Shown one piece after another: positions 1 to 13,100 of a DNA stretch of 64,000 nucleotides (position 1 is its first letter; the number at the start of each line of letters is the position of its first letter). The notes below the pieces were generated by a model, which was not told where the DNA came from, did no database searches, and worked only from the letters and a program-made list of their open reading frames with translations. The translations under genes and the position numbers were made by a program. Source of the DNA: Chrysomallon squamiferum (lineage: Eukaryota; Animalia; Mollusca). The stretch lies in NCBI GenBank assembly GCA_012295275.1, contig CM022673.1, positions 24,800,001-24,864,000 on the forward strand, given 5' to 3'.

Positions 1-79
1 TGTCAATGGCTCCCTGTTTGCTGTTGTCTAAGAAGTTGTTTTGTATGGCTCTGTTGGCTGCTCGTGCTGCGTCTGTGGC
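1..79 (-). CDS. SYNJ1: Synaptojanin exon 10 (truncated by window edge)
   Basis: [26 protein letters not shown]; compare human [24 protein letters not shown]. Confidence 0.9.
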
Positions 80-3000
80 CTTCAGTTAAAAAAATATTTA
101 AAAAGCTGAATTTTTTTAATTTTTGGTTTCCAAATAACAAAAACAAACTAATGTGAATTTGTTTTACATTTTTTATTTCATGCCTCTTGTGATTTAATTT
201 CTTTTAACTTTTATCCAAACATCATAAAGATGAGAAGAAAAATAAAAAAACAAATTTGGAAAATGAAATACAAAATACCTCAGTATAAAACAGATCTTAA
301 CAAGTTGTAATCAGTTAATTATTTCAAATGTCATGAATAAACAATTCATGTAAAAAAAAAAATCTATTTCACTGCAGACATAGGGTAATTGCATTTATAA
401 ACCATATTTTAATTTTTTATCATTAAAACTTCTTTAAGTATAAGGGAGTGTTTAGTTAGGCCATGGTCACTTGTACACAAGAATGCTTTACAATTCTTTT
501 TTATTGAAATATGTTCAGAATGACTAGCATTATTCCAAAACAAAGTGTGACACAGTCAATGAAAGAAGAAAAAAGACAGAACTGTTTCATTTAGTTTCTG
601 AGAGTTTGTTCAGAATTACTGGCATTTTGACACACAGTGTCACACAGACAATGAAAGAAAAACAAAAAGACAGAACTGTTTTATTTAGATAATTAAATGT
701 TTACCCTTGATCTTCCTCCGCCAAGAGCTCCTGTTCCTGCATATATTCTACTGACATGGTCACCGTTAATTCCCCAAATCTGCTTGTAGACTTCAATGAA
801 TCTTGTCAACATCTGTGGTTTGTTAGCCAGTCCTAGACTCTCTATCTGTTTTGGCAATATCTGGAAACAAATCCATACACAGTCCTTTCTTTAACATTTT
901 AAAAATCATTTCAAAAGAGTATTTATTGTTGCACTAAAATTTAATACTTTTTATTTCAAGAGTTTTTGTTTGTGTGATAAATATGAAAACGTGATGTCAT
1001 TAGTTTCAGAATTGTAAATAAACAATTATCATGTCTCTGTATGTGTGTGTGTGTGTTTGGGGAATTGATGAATCATTTCAACAATTTTATATTATTTTTA
1101 ATTTCATAATATTTCATTTTTTTGAATATGACATCCAATGGATGATTTAAAATCAGACTGTTACGAATGTTTGAAGCACTATCAAATATACAGTTGAAAT
1201 TATCAAATAAATATGCTATGCAGCAGACAGTTGGTGTGTCTCACCTCCAGTCCAATCATGGTCTGTACAGAGTTTGTTCTGTCCAGACAGTCAATGCAGT
1301 TGGTCCTAATTGTTCCAGTTTGTTGTCTGAAAAAATACATTTGAATATTTTACTTAGACATTACATAAAAAATCACAGATTGATTTCTCCAGAGATAAAA
1401 ACAAAAATGACAGCGTAACTGAAATACAGCTAAATGGATTTTTCAATGTTTTATAATCTGATCACTGAAATGAGTATTATTTTTTTTATTATCTACACTG
1501 AGATCTCACATGAAACAAAAGATAACTTTGCATGTGCTAGACTGTAAATTTAAATAAGAGGAGCATCTAAACAAAAATTAATCAATGCAAAGCAGCCTTA
1601 TCAAAATGTACCTAATGTTTAAAGCAAATATATATATATATATCCACTTCGTTGGTAAAATTTACAAAAGAAATGCAATTATTTACAACAAAGTAAATAT
1701 TACAAAACATTTTCTGATTCGTATAAGTAAAGAATTAGTAGGAAGTGATTTATTTTCGCCTAATTTGTACTTGCCTCTTGGCCACCCCATCCTCTATATA
1801 GCAGAAATCAAACTCTTCAATGAATTTAATTAACTTTGATCTTAGTTTTTCAAGGTTTTTTAAATTGGTGCCTCTGATCTCGGAATGATAGTCAAAATGT
1901 ATGTATGGAATATCCTGCGAATGATGAGATGCCTTGTGATGATTCTACAAAAAGAAATATTGTAACATCTACATTAATGCTAATACATAAAAATATTCTC
2001 TGTGCAATTAAAGATTAACAAACAGCACCACCAAAATTATTCAATAATCAATCATTATTTTACACTTAGCTAAACAGTAATTACTGATTTTAACATTTAA
2101 ATATGGATGCCTATTTTGTAAATGATTAAAAGTTTTAGTGATACAGTGATTATAATGAACCTGTTTTCATGTTTTGGGCTGTGTAATTACAATTTTTAAA
2201 TAAATCAAATTTAACATAAACAAAACAAAACAAAACATTTATCTGAAACCTTCAATAAGAAAAATTATCTATTACAGGTTTGTTGTGACTTGTATAAACT
2301 TATAATATTATAAAAGAAACAAACCTGAAAAGCTTGACTAAGCATGGTCTCGCCTTCCTTGGCTCCCAGCAGGTTAACAATAACCTGCTTGCCATATTGT
2401 TCTTTGAGCATTTGCAAATGTCTGTCATAGGCTGGAGCTGATGCCTCATAGCCACGAGACATGTGAATTTTGTGTGAGCCAACCTAGTGTAATAATATAG
2501 ATTAAAATTAAATATTTTTAAAATGTGGATCAACCAATACTTTCACATTTAATAGTTTACAAATAAAAAAAATTAATAATCTTGTAATTTACTATTATTT
2601 GTTATTAATAAGACACAGCAAGACACAAACAAAAAAACTCAAAAATATAAAATGTTTTTTTTTTTTTTTTTAATGTTGTTGAGATGAAAGAAAATGTGCA
2701 GTGAAAAAGATATATTATTAAATATTATGTACAGGTAGATTTTTAATAAAATATTTTGATGAATTATACTAAAACAATAATTAATTTTTTTTCACCTGTA
2801 TTCCAGATTGTTCCCAGAACAGAGGAACTGAACCTCTCGTTTGAATGAAAGATGACACCTGGTTCTCCAAAAATATCACCTAAAAAACAGAATATTTCAC
2901 ACTGTGAGAAAGTTTACATCTTTTTAAACATACATGTATCCTATAATAGTATACAAGGCAACTGCATAATCAGCTGAACTTAATAATACATGGAAAGAAA

Positions 3001-6000
3001 TAGACTGTAAAACCATAGAATTAATTCAATTAAAAAGAAATTTAAAAAAATCTTATTGCAGAAGTGTATTTATTATTAATAAAAAGGCTGTTATTCAGTT
3101 CACATACTACTGTAGGTTATTAAATAGTTTAGCATTTAAGTCAGTTATTTTGTATTTTGTTATAAAATTACTAAATCTTTTAAACAAACAGAATTACTTG
3201 TTTAAACTACTGGATATAAATCCATTAAAAAAAAAAAAAAAGGGTTTAGAAGATAATTACCAAAACGATGTAAATTTTATATATTTACATTTATATATAA
3301 AATTTCACATCTGAATTGTTTTATGTATAAGACGTTTTACGAATATTACTTGTTCTGTTTCACAGAAGTTGGCAACGTGGCCATCGTCGTTGGTTCCCCG
3401 GACATTAAATCGAGTCCCCGCCCTCTCACAGCTCAGCCGAGAAATGAGACACGCTTTGGCCTGTCGGTGAGCAGCGTAGATTGTGCGAATCTCCACACCA
3501 CCACACATCATCTTCAGCAACCACTGGCCACAGTCTATACCATAGCGCTGGAAGTGAACATGCAGCATCCGATTCCTAACAAATAAAAATAAATTTTATA
3601 AACACTGATAAATGAATACATGACAGATAGAACAGTAACAGCTTCTTCAGAAACTTCTAATTAAAACTCATTAAAAGTTCATTATAAAATAAAGTGCATA
3701 TTTACAGACAGAAAAAAACAATTTAATGAACTGTATTTAACAAGAAATAAATTTGGAAATCAGTTTAAATTAAGTAAACTATAAAATAAAAATATTAAAT
3801 GTGAATTATTATACAATTCAAAGATCTTATGTTGCAAATACATACTCCAGAATCATGCATTTTATCAGTCAGATTAAATTAAATTAGTGGATTTATTATT
3901 ACTTATAAAATAATACAGGTTCAAATGCATTTATAAAATCTGCAGTATGTATTTTTTTTAATTATTATTACTGTAATTATTAGATGATAAATAAAAATAT
4001 TAATTACCAGAAAAATCTGTTGTCTGTTTCTACGTCATTCAGTTTGCGTTGAGCACACAAACTGAGATCCCAGGGAACTCCACTTGCTGACCAGGAGAAA
4101 TAGAAAGTTCCTGAGCTCAACAGTTTTCTCACCTCTACTATGTACTCTTCGTCACTGGGGTCATTGCGAAGAGACAGCAGCTGCACTGCTGTGATTCGGA
4201 AAACTTCTGATTCTAATATTTTGCCCACTGATAAACAACCAGTCACCATTACAAGATACATGATGCTGATGTTACCTGATTTTTAAAAATAGAAAAACAA
4301 AAAAAAAACAAATTTAGGACATTTTTTATGATGTTTTTTCTACCTAAAAGTTTTTGGAATATAAAATTTCTTTTAAAATTATTCTATATTTATCTCTTTA
4401 TGTATAATAATATATAAAATGTCAATATTATTGATTTTTATATTTAAAAATATATATATGAAAACAAGTTTAAAACAAATATTTTAATATGTCTTTAAAG
4501 TCAAATGAATGAATTAGTTTAACAACATATTTCAATATTATTGTTCAGTGTACAAAGTATGTGAAGATAGCTGGTGTGGCCAGTGTGTCATTTTTTGGGG
4601 TAATTAAATATTATTACACTGATCTATAAAACAGTGGCTTGAATAAGAAAAACTGAGTGCATGATTACAGAATGACTCATCAAAGTATACTCAACCTCTG
4701 ATTCATGGTCTACACCTGCACTTTGTATATTATTAATTAAAGGTTGAGTAATTATCTTACCTGTGTTGATTCTTAAAACACCTAGGCATCCATATGCATC
4801 CAAAACTTTTGTGTACTGCTTTTTAAGAGTTTCCATCTCCAAAGATGCTGTGAAAGAGAGTTCTTATAAATATATTTTCTTACACATTATATTTTGAATT
4901 TATTTTGTTACTACATCACATGATCATGCATTGGTTTTGTATGTATTGCAAAAATCTAGCTTCTACATCAAATTTATATACAAGAATTAAATCAATAGTT
5001 TCAGTTTGAAATATAGAATATTCCATTAGTTAAAATTGAAAGCAAACACACAGAGAAAAGTGAATGTCATAACTTAAGAACTCTGTTTTAGGTGTAAAGA
5101 ATTATAAAGATTCTTCTGAAATCAAATGCATTATAAAAAATTAAAAAAAAGCTTGTCAAGGGTTATGTGACAATTATGAACAGTGGCAACTTCTGTCTGG
5201 GAGTTTGTTTTTTAAAATATATACTGAATTTTGCCCCAAGAATTCTTACTTTGATTATAAATACAATGATAGAATAATGACTTTTATTTGCAGTACTGGT
5301 CTGAAAGTTTTATACTTAGGTGAGAACTACTTTTGCTGGTCAAGTTAGTGTGCAGTTGTTTTCCTCTCTACTGAAACTGTCCCTCAACATCTTTGAAAGG
5401 ATTCTAAGTTAGCTAATATTTAATAAAGAATTTTTTTTTTATTCTATTGAAAATTTATCCTACATGATGCATATCTGTTTTCTTTTTACCTTTAAAATAA
5501 TAATAATAGTAATAGTAATATAATAAAAATAATAGCTATTTTGAAAATGAAAAAATTATTTCCAGTCAGATGATTATGTGTAAGGAAAATACTTCATTAA
5601 TATTTTACAGTTTTATTTCCTCGATATAAGTGACAAGCAAATACCTGATCGTAGGCTAATGTCAAAAATTGTTAAGTTTGTATGTTAGTCAAAAAGTCAA
5701 AACAATTGCAACTCTCGTCATACAAATTAATTTAATTACAATTATATAGCCAACCAATCAAGTAATTTTTGCAAAATTTAAAAGTGCATCATTTTAACCA
5801 AATTAATAATAACGTTATCACTGATCCTATAACTACATAAACCAACATAATTTATGTCAAATCACAGAAGTAACAAGCTTCAAAATGTCAGATCAATATT
5901 ATTGATTTGCACTGACTAAACTGATTTAAAATATTTTCAACCTACACAAAACTACAACACCGCCGGACTCAAACATCAGACTGTCTTCTTTACATTTACT

Positions 6001-6078
6001 TTCCATAATGACACTGTATAGCGTGTCATTGTCCGGGGGAAGTTTATGAAAAATACGATAACCCTTTCCCATTGCCAT
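1..6078 (-). CDS. SYNJ1: Synaptojanin (SYNJ1-like) polyphosphoinositide phosphatase, 5' part (Sac1 domain); gene continues beyond left edge
   Basis: Ten exons join in frame: 6078-5946, 4847-4761, 4275-4008, 3575-3350, 2879-2796, 2483-2325, 1944-1775, 1326-1245, 860-705, 79-<1. The peptide follows the synaptojanin-1 N-terminus ([13 protein letters not shown]..., [57 protein letters not shown]) and has the Sac1 CX5R(T) catalytic motif CIDCLDRT. Confidence 0.97.
512..688. repeat. Diverged ~96-bp tandem duplication in synaptojanin intron 9
   Basis: tgttcagaat.act.gcatt...cacag.caatgaaagaa...aaaagacagaactgttt.atttag occurs twice. Confidence 0.8.
705..860 (-). CDS. SYNJ1: Synaptojanin exon 9
   Basis: [52 protein letters not shown]. 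Confidence 0.94.
1245..1326 (-). CDS. SYNJ1: Synaptojanin exon 8 (Sac1 catalytic motif)
   Basis: [27 protein letters not shown]. Confidence 0.95.
1775..1944 (-). CDS. SYNJ1: Synaptojanin exon 7 (ends at a GC donor)
   Basis: [25 protein letters not shown]...YIEDGVAK(R); donor AG|gcaagt keeps the frame. Confidence 0.88.
2325..2483 (-). CDS. SYNJ1: Synaptojanin exon 6
   Basis: [22 protein letters not shown]...[18 protein letters not shown]. Confidence 0.95.
2796..2879 (-). CDS. SYNJ1: Synaptojanin exon 5
   Basis: [28 protein letters not shown]. Confidence 0.95.
3350..3575 (-). CDS. SYNJ1: Synaptojanin exon 4
   Basis: [12 protein letters not shown]...[27 protein letters not shown]. Confidence 0.95.
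4008..4275 (-). CDS. SYNJ1: Synaptojanin exon 3
   Basis: [29 protein letters not shown]...DNRFFW; AG/GT boundaries. Confidence 0.94.
4761..4847 (-). CDS. SYNJ1: Synaptojanin exon 2
   Basis: ttcacag| [29 protein letters not shown] |gtaag. Confidence 0.93.
5946..6078 (-). CDS. SYNJ1: Synaptojanin coding exon 1
   Basis: aaaATGG start; [44 protein letters not shown]; donor T|gtagg. Confidence 0.93.
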
Positions 6079-6534
6079 TTTGTCGTATGAAGCGGAAATC
6101 TTCTTGTCATCGCAGAGTTACCTTTCCATTATTTTACACCCACCAACCGCTAGGATAAAGATTACGATCGTTTACCGCAAAACCGTAACCGGTTGTTTAT
6201 ACTTTCTGTTTCATTTTCATGATTTCAGGACATGAACCATCTTACCAACCAAACAATTGTTTTCATCAATAAGCAAAGTCTCGCTAAATTTTAGAAAATC
6301 AGATTATCAGGCTGTTTATAGAGAGAATTTCGTCGTAAAGTTTTATATTTATATTTAATCATATGACTTGAAGCATAATTTTACATTCACTAATTGTCCT
6401 GTATATGTTTCCTATCAGATAGTTAAAACACATCATCATCAAAAGTGGACAATTTATAAAAATATAAACTGGTTTTATTGCATACATAAATTTGGTTAAG
6501 ATAAAGATATCTTTATTTATGTTATTTTATCTAT

Positions 6535-6573
<39 letters not shown>

Positions 6574-6575
6574 CC

Positions 6576-6624
<49 letters not shown>

Positions 6625-6869
6625 CTCATCATTTGTGGTGTGAGAGAATAATTTAATTGTTCATAGGTTACAATAACACTACACACGAAAACAACCATAA
6701 AATAATTTATCACCCTTGAAGTGGGAGTTTCCACCCATAGAGGGAGTATGTTTCCAAGATGGCGCAGCCCAGTGTAGAATTGCCGACATGAAAAGCCGAG
6801 TCCAGAAATGACTAGTGTTAGCATATTTTAAAAAGCGGTACTATCAGGAATTTGTCATTCTACATCAAA
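6079..6869. promoter_or_regulatory. Putative bidirectional promoter and 5' UTRs of synaptojanin and TGFBRAP1
   Basis: 791 bp between divergent ATGs. CpGs are retained relative to the flanking introns. Motif matches: ETS-like GCGGAAAT 6092-6099, NF-kB-consensus GGGAGTTTCC 6723-6732, YY1-like CAAGATGGCG 6755-6764. Central (TCTA)n/(ATT)n tract at ~6525-6621. TSS positions are not known. Confidence 0.75.
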
Positions 6870-6944
6870 ATGAGCGTGAAGGCATTTGAGTTAGTACCTG
6901 CTGTTGAGCATGTCAAACTTATGTCAGACAAAGCAAAAACACAG
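6870..6944 (+). CDS. TGFBRAP1: TGFBRAP1 exon 1
   Basis: MSVKAFELVPAVEHVKLMSDKAKTQ|gtaacg. Confidence 0.92.
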
Positions 6945-9157
6945 GTAACGTCTCCGATTAGATCTCCTTAATTTGTTCAAAATGTCCAGTTTGCTGTCAA
7001 AGTAACATGTTTCTAAGTGCCAAACGCAAATGATTTTTTCTGTGTTAATGTGCATTCTAACTGCACAAACATTATGAAGAATTAATACTGATTGGAAGAA
7101 ACGGCGAATAAAACATTGGCATACAGACTGTTAAAAATAATAGTGTTTATGGATAATACAGATTTTGAGAATGAGATGTATTTTGACAATTTTTGTTAAA
7201 TGACAGGAATACTTCTGTACCGTGTTCGCTTTTGTTTATTAGTAAAAGCATTATTTTTCTTCTAACTACAATAAATTAATTACTAATTACTAATATGTCT
7301 AATTTTAAAATAATTTAATTTATAAATGTACATGTTACATTGTTTTTATTGATTTGCTTTTTTTTTTCGATTAATGAAGAAAAACATCTTTATACTTTAC
7401 AGTTGATAGCTTTTGGTTTTCTCAGTCATAGATTATAAAAGAGAAAAATAAGTTTATATATATATATATATATATTACAATGCAGTTGAGACAATTTTGA
7501 AACTTTCTCAGAAAGTGTTTATTATAATGATTAATGTAAATTATGTTGCTCTCACTGTGTATCACACTTTTGACAGATGTCAGTGATAGATATATTTTTA
7601 GCTCAAGTTTCTCATGAAGAATATATAAAAGTAATCAATTACAGGAAAATATTCAGTATCAAAAACAATTATTTATATACTAATTATCTATAAAATAAAT
7701 TTTAAAATTAAAAAAAAATAATAATAAAATAAAATAAAATAAAACAAGCAGTGCTGTTCCTTCTTTTTTCTGAATGTTCATGTAAAGTCCAATATGATAT
7801 ATATCCAATATTTATTAGTGAAATAAAAATGCATGTGTTCATTAATATTTCATGTTTGCCTCATTTAAATTAATTATGATGTATACAGTGATTTAATTTT
7901 TTTTTTTTTTTTTTTTATCTATGATTATTTGATGTGTATTTTATAACAAATTATATTATAAAAAATATATGCAAAAATGTTTTTGTTTTTATTTTTGTCT
8001 TATTTACCAAAGATTGAATGCATTGATGTCTGTGGAAAAAATCTTTACATTGGAACAAATGACTGGTATGTTTCTATATTTACTATTGCTTACAAAGAGT
8101 TGTAATCTGCATTGAATTAAACATAAGTTTAATTATCCTTTTTCAGTCATATATAATAAATATAAATATATGCATTTACCATATTAGAAATTTCTTATTA
8201 ATACATAAAATTTATTTTGTAAGTTAATGCTCAATGAATGAAATTTTCATTTTTGTGTTAAAATGTTTTGAAATTTTACAACCGTTTTTGAAGTTAATAA
8301 TCTATGCAAAAATCTTTAATTTTGATTGTCTGTTGTAGTTTTGTAGTGCATTACAGCCTTGATGAAAGAACTGCATCCACTGGTGGACGAGTTTCCTTTC
8401 ACAGTGAAAAACAGGGACACAAATATCTTGCAGTTGTAAGTACTGACATGTCCTGAGTGCTTTAATAACCTTTCTTGATGTCTAAACATTTCTTCCAGGT
8501 CGTAAAAATAAATTATATTCAGTTTTTTATTTATCATCACCATTTATTAAAGAGAAAAAAAAATAAAAAAAAAATACCATCAACTAACATATGAGAAAAC
8601 CCTTTTCCAGTTCATCCCAACTTAACAGTGCCATTTTTTTTTTTTTTTTTTTTTATAAATTCTTTATTTATGATAGATGTATTATTCTGTATAACTAACT
8701 GAAGATAGTTGAATTAAAACTGTACTTTATATTTTTATTTTTGTCAATGAATTTATAACTGCTCTTCATGTTGTTGGTTATTGTCAAGTTTTCAATAATC
8801 TTGAGGTTTTGGAATGTTCAGAATACGTGCATTTTACATTTTACCATTTTGACAAAATAAAAATGACTCAGACTTTAAAGCAGTTTTTTTCATTTGTTTC
8901 CACAGAAAAAGCCAATTGTACAAATAAAGGCAGCCTCAGCCCTGAACAGAATTCTTGTCCTGTGTGACAACACACTGACCTTGCTCAACATGTTTGACTT
9001 GGAGGTTTGTGCTTCCTCCTGTTTCATAACAACAAAATACTTCTTATCTTCAACACATCCATATACATACAAATACATACTCACACATACAGTCTTACAC
9101 ACACACACACACACACACACCTTCATTAAGAATTAATTAATTTTGATTATATAATTA

Positions 9158-9188
<31 letters not shown>

Positions 9189-10034
9189 TATTACTACAGT
9201 TTCAGTTCAACAAAATGTTTAGATGTAAACACATATTAAGCTTTATTTTTCAGTATTATTTATGGAATTTTTGTCATATTTTTTTTATTATTATAATTTT
9301 TTTTTTTGTTATTATTTTTTTTTTTTTTTTTTTTTTAAATATTTTTTTTTTTTTTTTTTTTTTTTCAAAATTATTTAAAAAAATTATAATTTTTTTGGGT
9401 TTATTTGCTTTACAGCCCATTATGACTGGTGCAAAGATAAAGGGTGTGTCATATTTCTGCATAAATGAGAACCCTCTGCGAACAAATCCATTTTGCATTG
9501 AGGTACAGATTTATTATTAGTTAAACTAAAACCTACTCTAGGTGAAGACACACTCTAACTACAAATGATATGTATTATTTATAACATTGTTGCTTTTGAT
9601 TTAATTGAAGTCATATTGTTTTAGATGTGTGTACCTGATCTATAAAAATAGCTTTGAAAATCTTGTTAATTGATTTTATGAAAATAGATTAATACTGACT
9701 ACCCAGTTATTCAGTGCCAGTTTATTATTATTTACAAGAATTTCCTTTTTATTTAATTTTTTCTGTTAATAAAATAAGTTGTTTAATCTTTATCAGTTAT
9801 TCTAATGTATAATTGTTATGGAACAGTGCTGTTTTATAATTAAATTACACTGAATATTTAAACACAGATTTGCGTAGCTCTGAAAAAGAAACAGATTCAG
9901 ATGTACACAGTCACTGAGGACAGGATAATACAGCTGCGAGATATCTCTGTGCCAGAGCCTGCTGTTGTTCTTGTAAGTAAATACATTTATTTTGTCCTAT
10001 TTGAAATATCAGAAATAAATAGTCATAACAGTAC

Positions 10035-10104
<70 letters not shown>

Positions 10105-13100
10105 GTATGTATTATGTATACATATATATATATATATATATATTTATATGTATAAAATGAAAATTTAATAATATTTTTTTATCATTATTATCATTTATTT
10201 TTATATTTGTATAATGTTTGATTAAATTTGAGGAAAACAACAGTTTCTAACTGATTTTTGGAATGAATCTAAAATGTCTACTGACTCAAATGATAAACAC
10301 ATAGTATATTTGCTTTGTTTGGAAGTATATTAAAATTAACTTTGGCTAATCTTAAACAGTATGAAAATCAGTAACTAAAACTACCATTGTAAAATAACAG
10401 TGTCAGTAATATCATAGACTAATAAGTGTTTCTGTCTGACAGAGTGTTGATGGTATAAATGTGTGTGCAGCTCTACAGACTCAGTATTTGATGATCAACT
10501 CTGAAACAAATCAGACTCAAGATCTTTTCCCTTATGAAAGTGAACACATTAATCCTGTGATAAAAAGAATTAACAAAGTAAGAAGTTTTTTAGTAATTTA
10601 GGCTTTCTGAGCTATGGTTTTGATTGGTTAAAGTATTTTGTTCAATACCTGTGTATTTGTTTACATAACTATACCTAAGATTGGTGTTTGTCCAGATATT
10701 GTTGATATGAAAGAGGTAGGATTTTTATTTGTTTGTTTATTTCAGAGTTTTCTTTAAGGGGGTTTAATCATTTTTATTCTGAAATAACATTTACTAAACT
10801 ATCCTGTTTGTTTTCATAGAAAAAATCTTACTGATGTAAGATGATAATAATATTTAGTTTTTTAATCATTTAATTTTAAACATTTTGTATCATGTGGGTT
10901 ATTCGTAATTATTGCAGGTGTGGGATTTCCACCAACTATTTTTTTAATTTTTATTCCAGGATGAGTTTCTGCTCTCAGGTCCAAATTCTCTTGGCCTGTT
11001 CGTCATGTCAGAAGGAATTTCACAACGGCCTCCTGTGCAGTGGTCAGACAACATCATCAGCGTCACTTTTGTCCACCCCTACGTCATCGCCATGAATGAC
11101 GAGTTTATCACAGTTCACAGGTCTGTCATCTTTCTTTCATTATAAATCTTTCTTAACTGTTCACCTTAATCATCAACAACAGCACAGAATTCTGTTGCTG
11201 TACTGACGCATTGTTTGGCAAAAGACTTACAATGTTGTTTACACATCTTTCTGTTGAGTTCTGTCTTCTTCCAACAGGTCTTTGTTTAGACAGTTTCCCT
11301 TCAGATGGTACCCACATGATAATAAACATATGCAAGTTATCTTGTATTCTACAGATGTGACCTGCCATTTTCATCGTCTAACCGGTTCAATCCACATTTT
11401 GTTTAGCCAGTTTCCCTTCAAATGGTACCCACATGATAATAAACATATGCAAGTTATCTTGTATTCTACAGATGTGACCTGCCATTTTCATCTTCTAACC
11501 TGTTCAATCCACATCCATTACCCCACTATTTTTGCTTTCCCAGATGTTTGTTCAGCTTAATACATTAAGTTGAAATAACATCACTTTATTTAGAATTTTA
11601 TATATTAAGACAGGCTGTTTATAAAGTACATTAAGTGGAAATAATGTCACTTTATTCAGAATTTTATATATGAAGACATACTGTTTATAAAGTACATTAA
11701 GTGGAAATAATGTCACTTTATTCAGAATTTTATATATGAAGACATACCGTTTATAAAGTACATTAAGTGGAAATAATGTCTCTTTATTTAGAATTTTATT
11801 TATAAAGACATGCTGTTTATAAAAATGTATATTTGAAGACATGTTACATGCAAAACTGCATGAGGAAATATCTTGTTAGATTCAGTTAAAATCTCATTTT
11901 TGTAATTATTATTTATTTATTTAATTAATTATTATTATATTTTATTTTAATTTATTTTTTGTATTTTTATATGCAGTATTTTGGATCAGCAGCAGAAACA
12001 AGCAATACCTTTCCAAGGTGGAGTTTACCTTGGCAGTTTTGATGGACACGTCTTTGTAGCGTCCTGTCGACAGATATATTGTCTTATTCCTGTGGCTTTT
12101 GAGAAGCAGGTGAATAAAATAGCTGGAAGAAAAAATAAATGCAGCATAACGAAACTGAAAATCTTTAATTTCTTTTATTATTCTTATACTGAAATTACGT
12201 CAAAATGGAATGTAAATTGATGAGATCTTGAGACAATCCAACAGATTATTAAAAAATTATTATGTGTTTTAAATTTATTTTAAATTATGATAACAATAAC
12301 CTGCAAACACTACCATATTCAGTTACAATAACCTGCAAACACTACCATATTCAGTTACAATAACTTGCAAACACTACCATATTCAGTTACAATAACCTGC
12401 AAACACTACCATATTCACTTACAATAACCTGCAAACACTACCATATTTATTTACAATAACTTGCAAACACTACCATATTCATTGCAAACACTACCATATT
12501 CACTTACAATAACCTGCAAACACTACCATATTCACTTACAATAACCTGCAAACACTACCATATTTATTTACAATAACCTGCAAACACTACTATATTTATT
12601 TACAATAACCTGCAAACACTACTATATTCATTTACAATAACCTGCAAACACTACCATATTTACTTACAATAACCTGCAAACACTACCATATTTATTTACA
12701 ATAACTTGCAAACACTACCATATTCACTTACAATAACCTGCAAACACTACCATATTCAGTTACAATAACCTGCAAACACTACCATATTCACTTACAATAA
12801 CTTGCAAACACTACCATATTTACTTACAATAACCTGCAAACACTACCATATTTACTTACAATAACCTGCAAACACTACTATATATACTTACAATAACCTG
12901 CAAACACTACTATATTTGCTTACAATAACCTGCAAACATTACCATATTCACTTACAATAATGTGCAAACACTACCATATTTGCTTACAATAACCTGCAAA
13001 CACTACCATATTTACTTACAGTCACATCCAAACACTACCATATTCACTTACTATCTGAAAAAGACTGGTTAATTAGTTCTGTGTGTGTGATTTCAGTGTT

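Noticed and set aside
80-704. Synaptojanin intron 9 as a U12-type intron (ttttaac close to an AAG acceptor)
   Set aside because: The donor is gtaaac, not the U12 consensus RTATCCTT.
11282-11842. Repetitive ORFs 11282..11560 (+) and 11552..11842 (-) as repeat proteins
   Set aside because: They result from intronic tandem units of 117 and 66 bp, both multiples of 3, and lack convincing starts or splice context.
12293-13052. 32-bp repeat array as a CRISPR array
   Set aside because: Units are contiguous with no unique spacers, lie in a spliceosomal intron, and there are no cas genes. It is an ordinary minisatellite.
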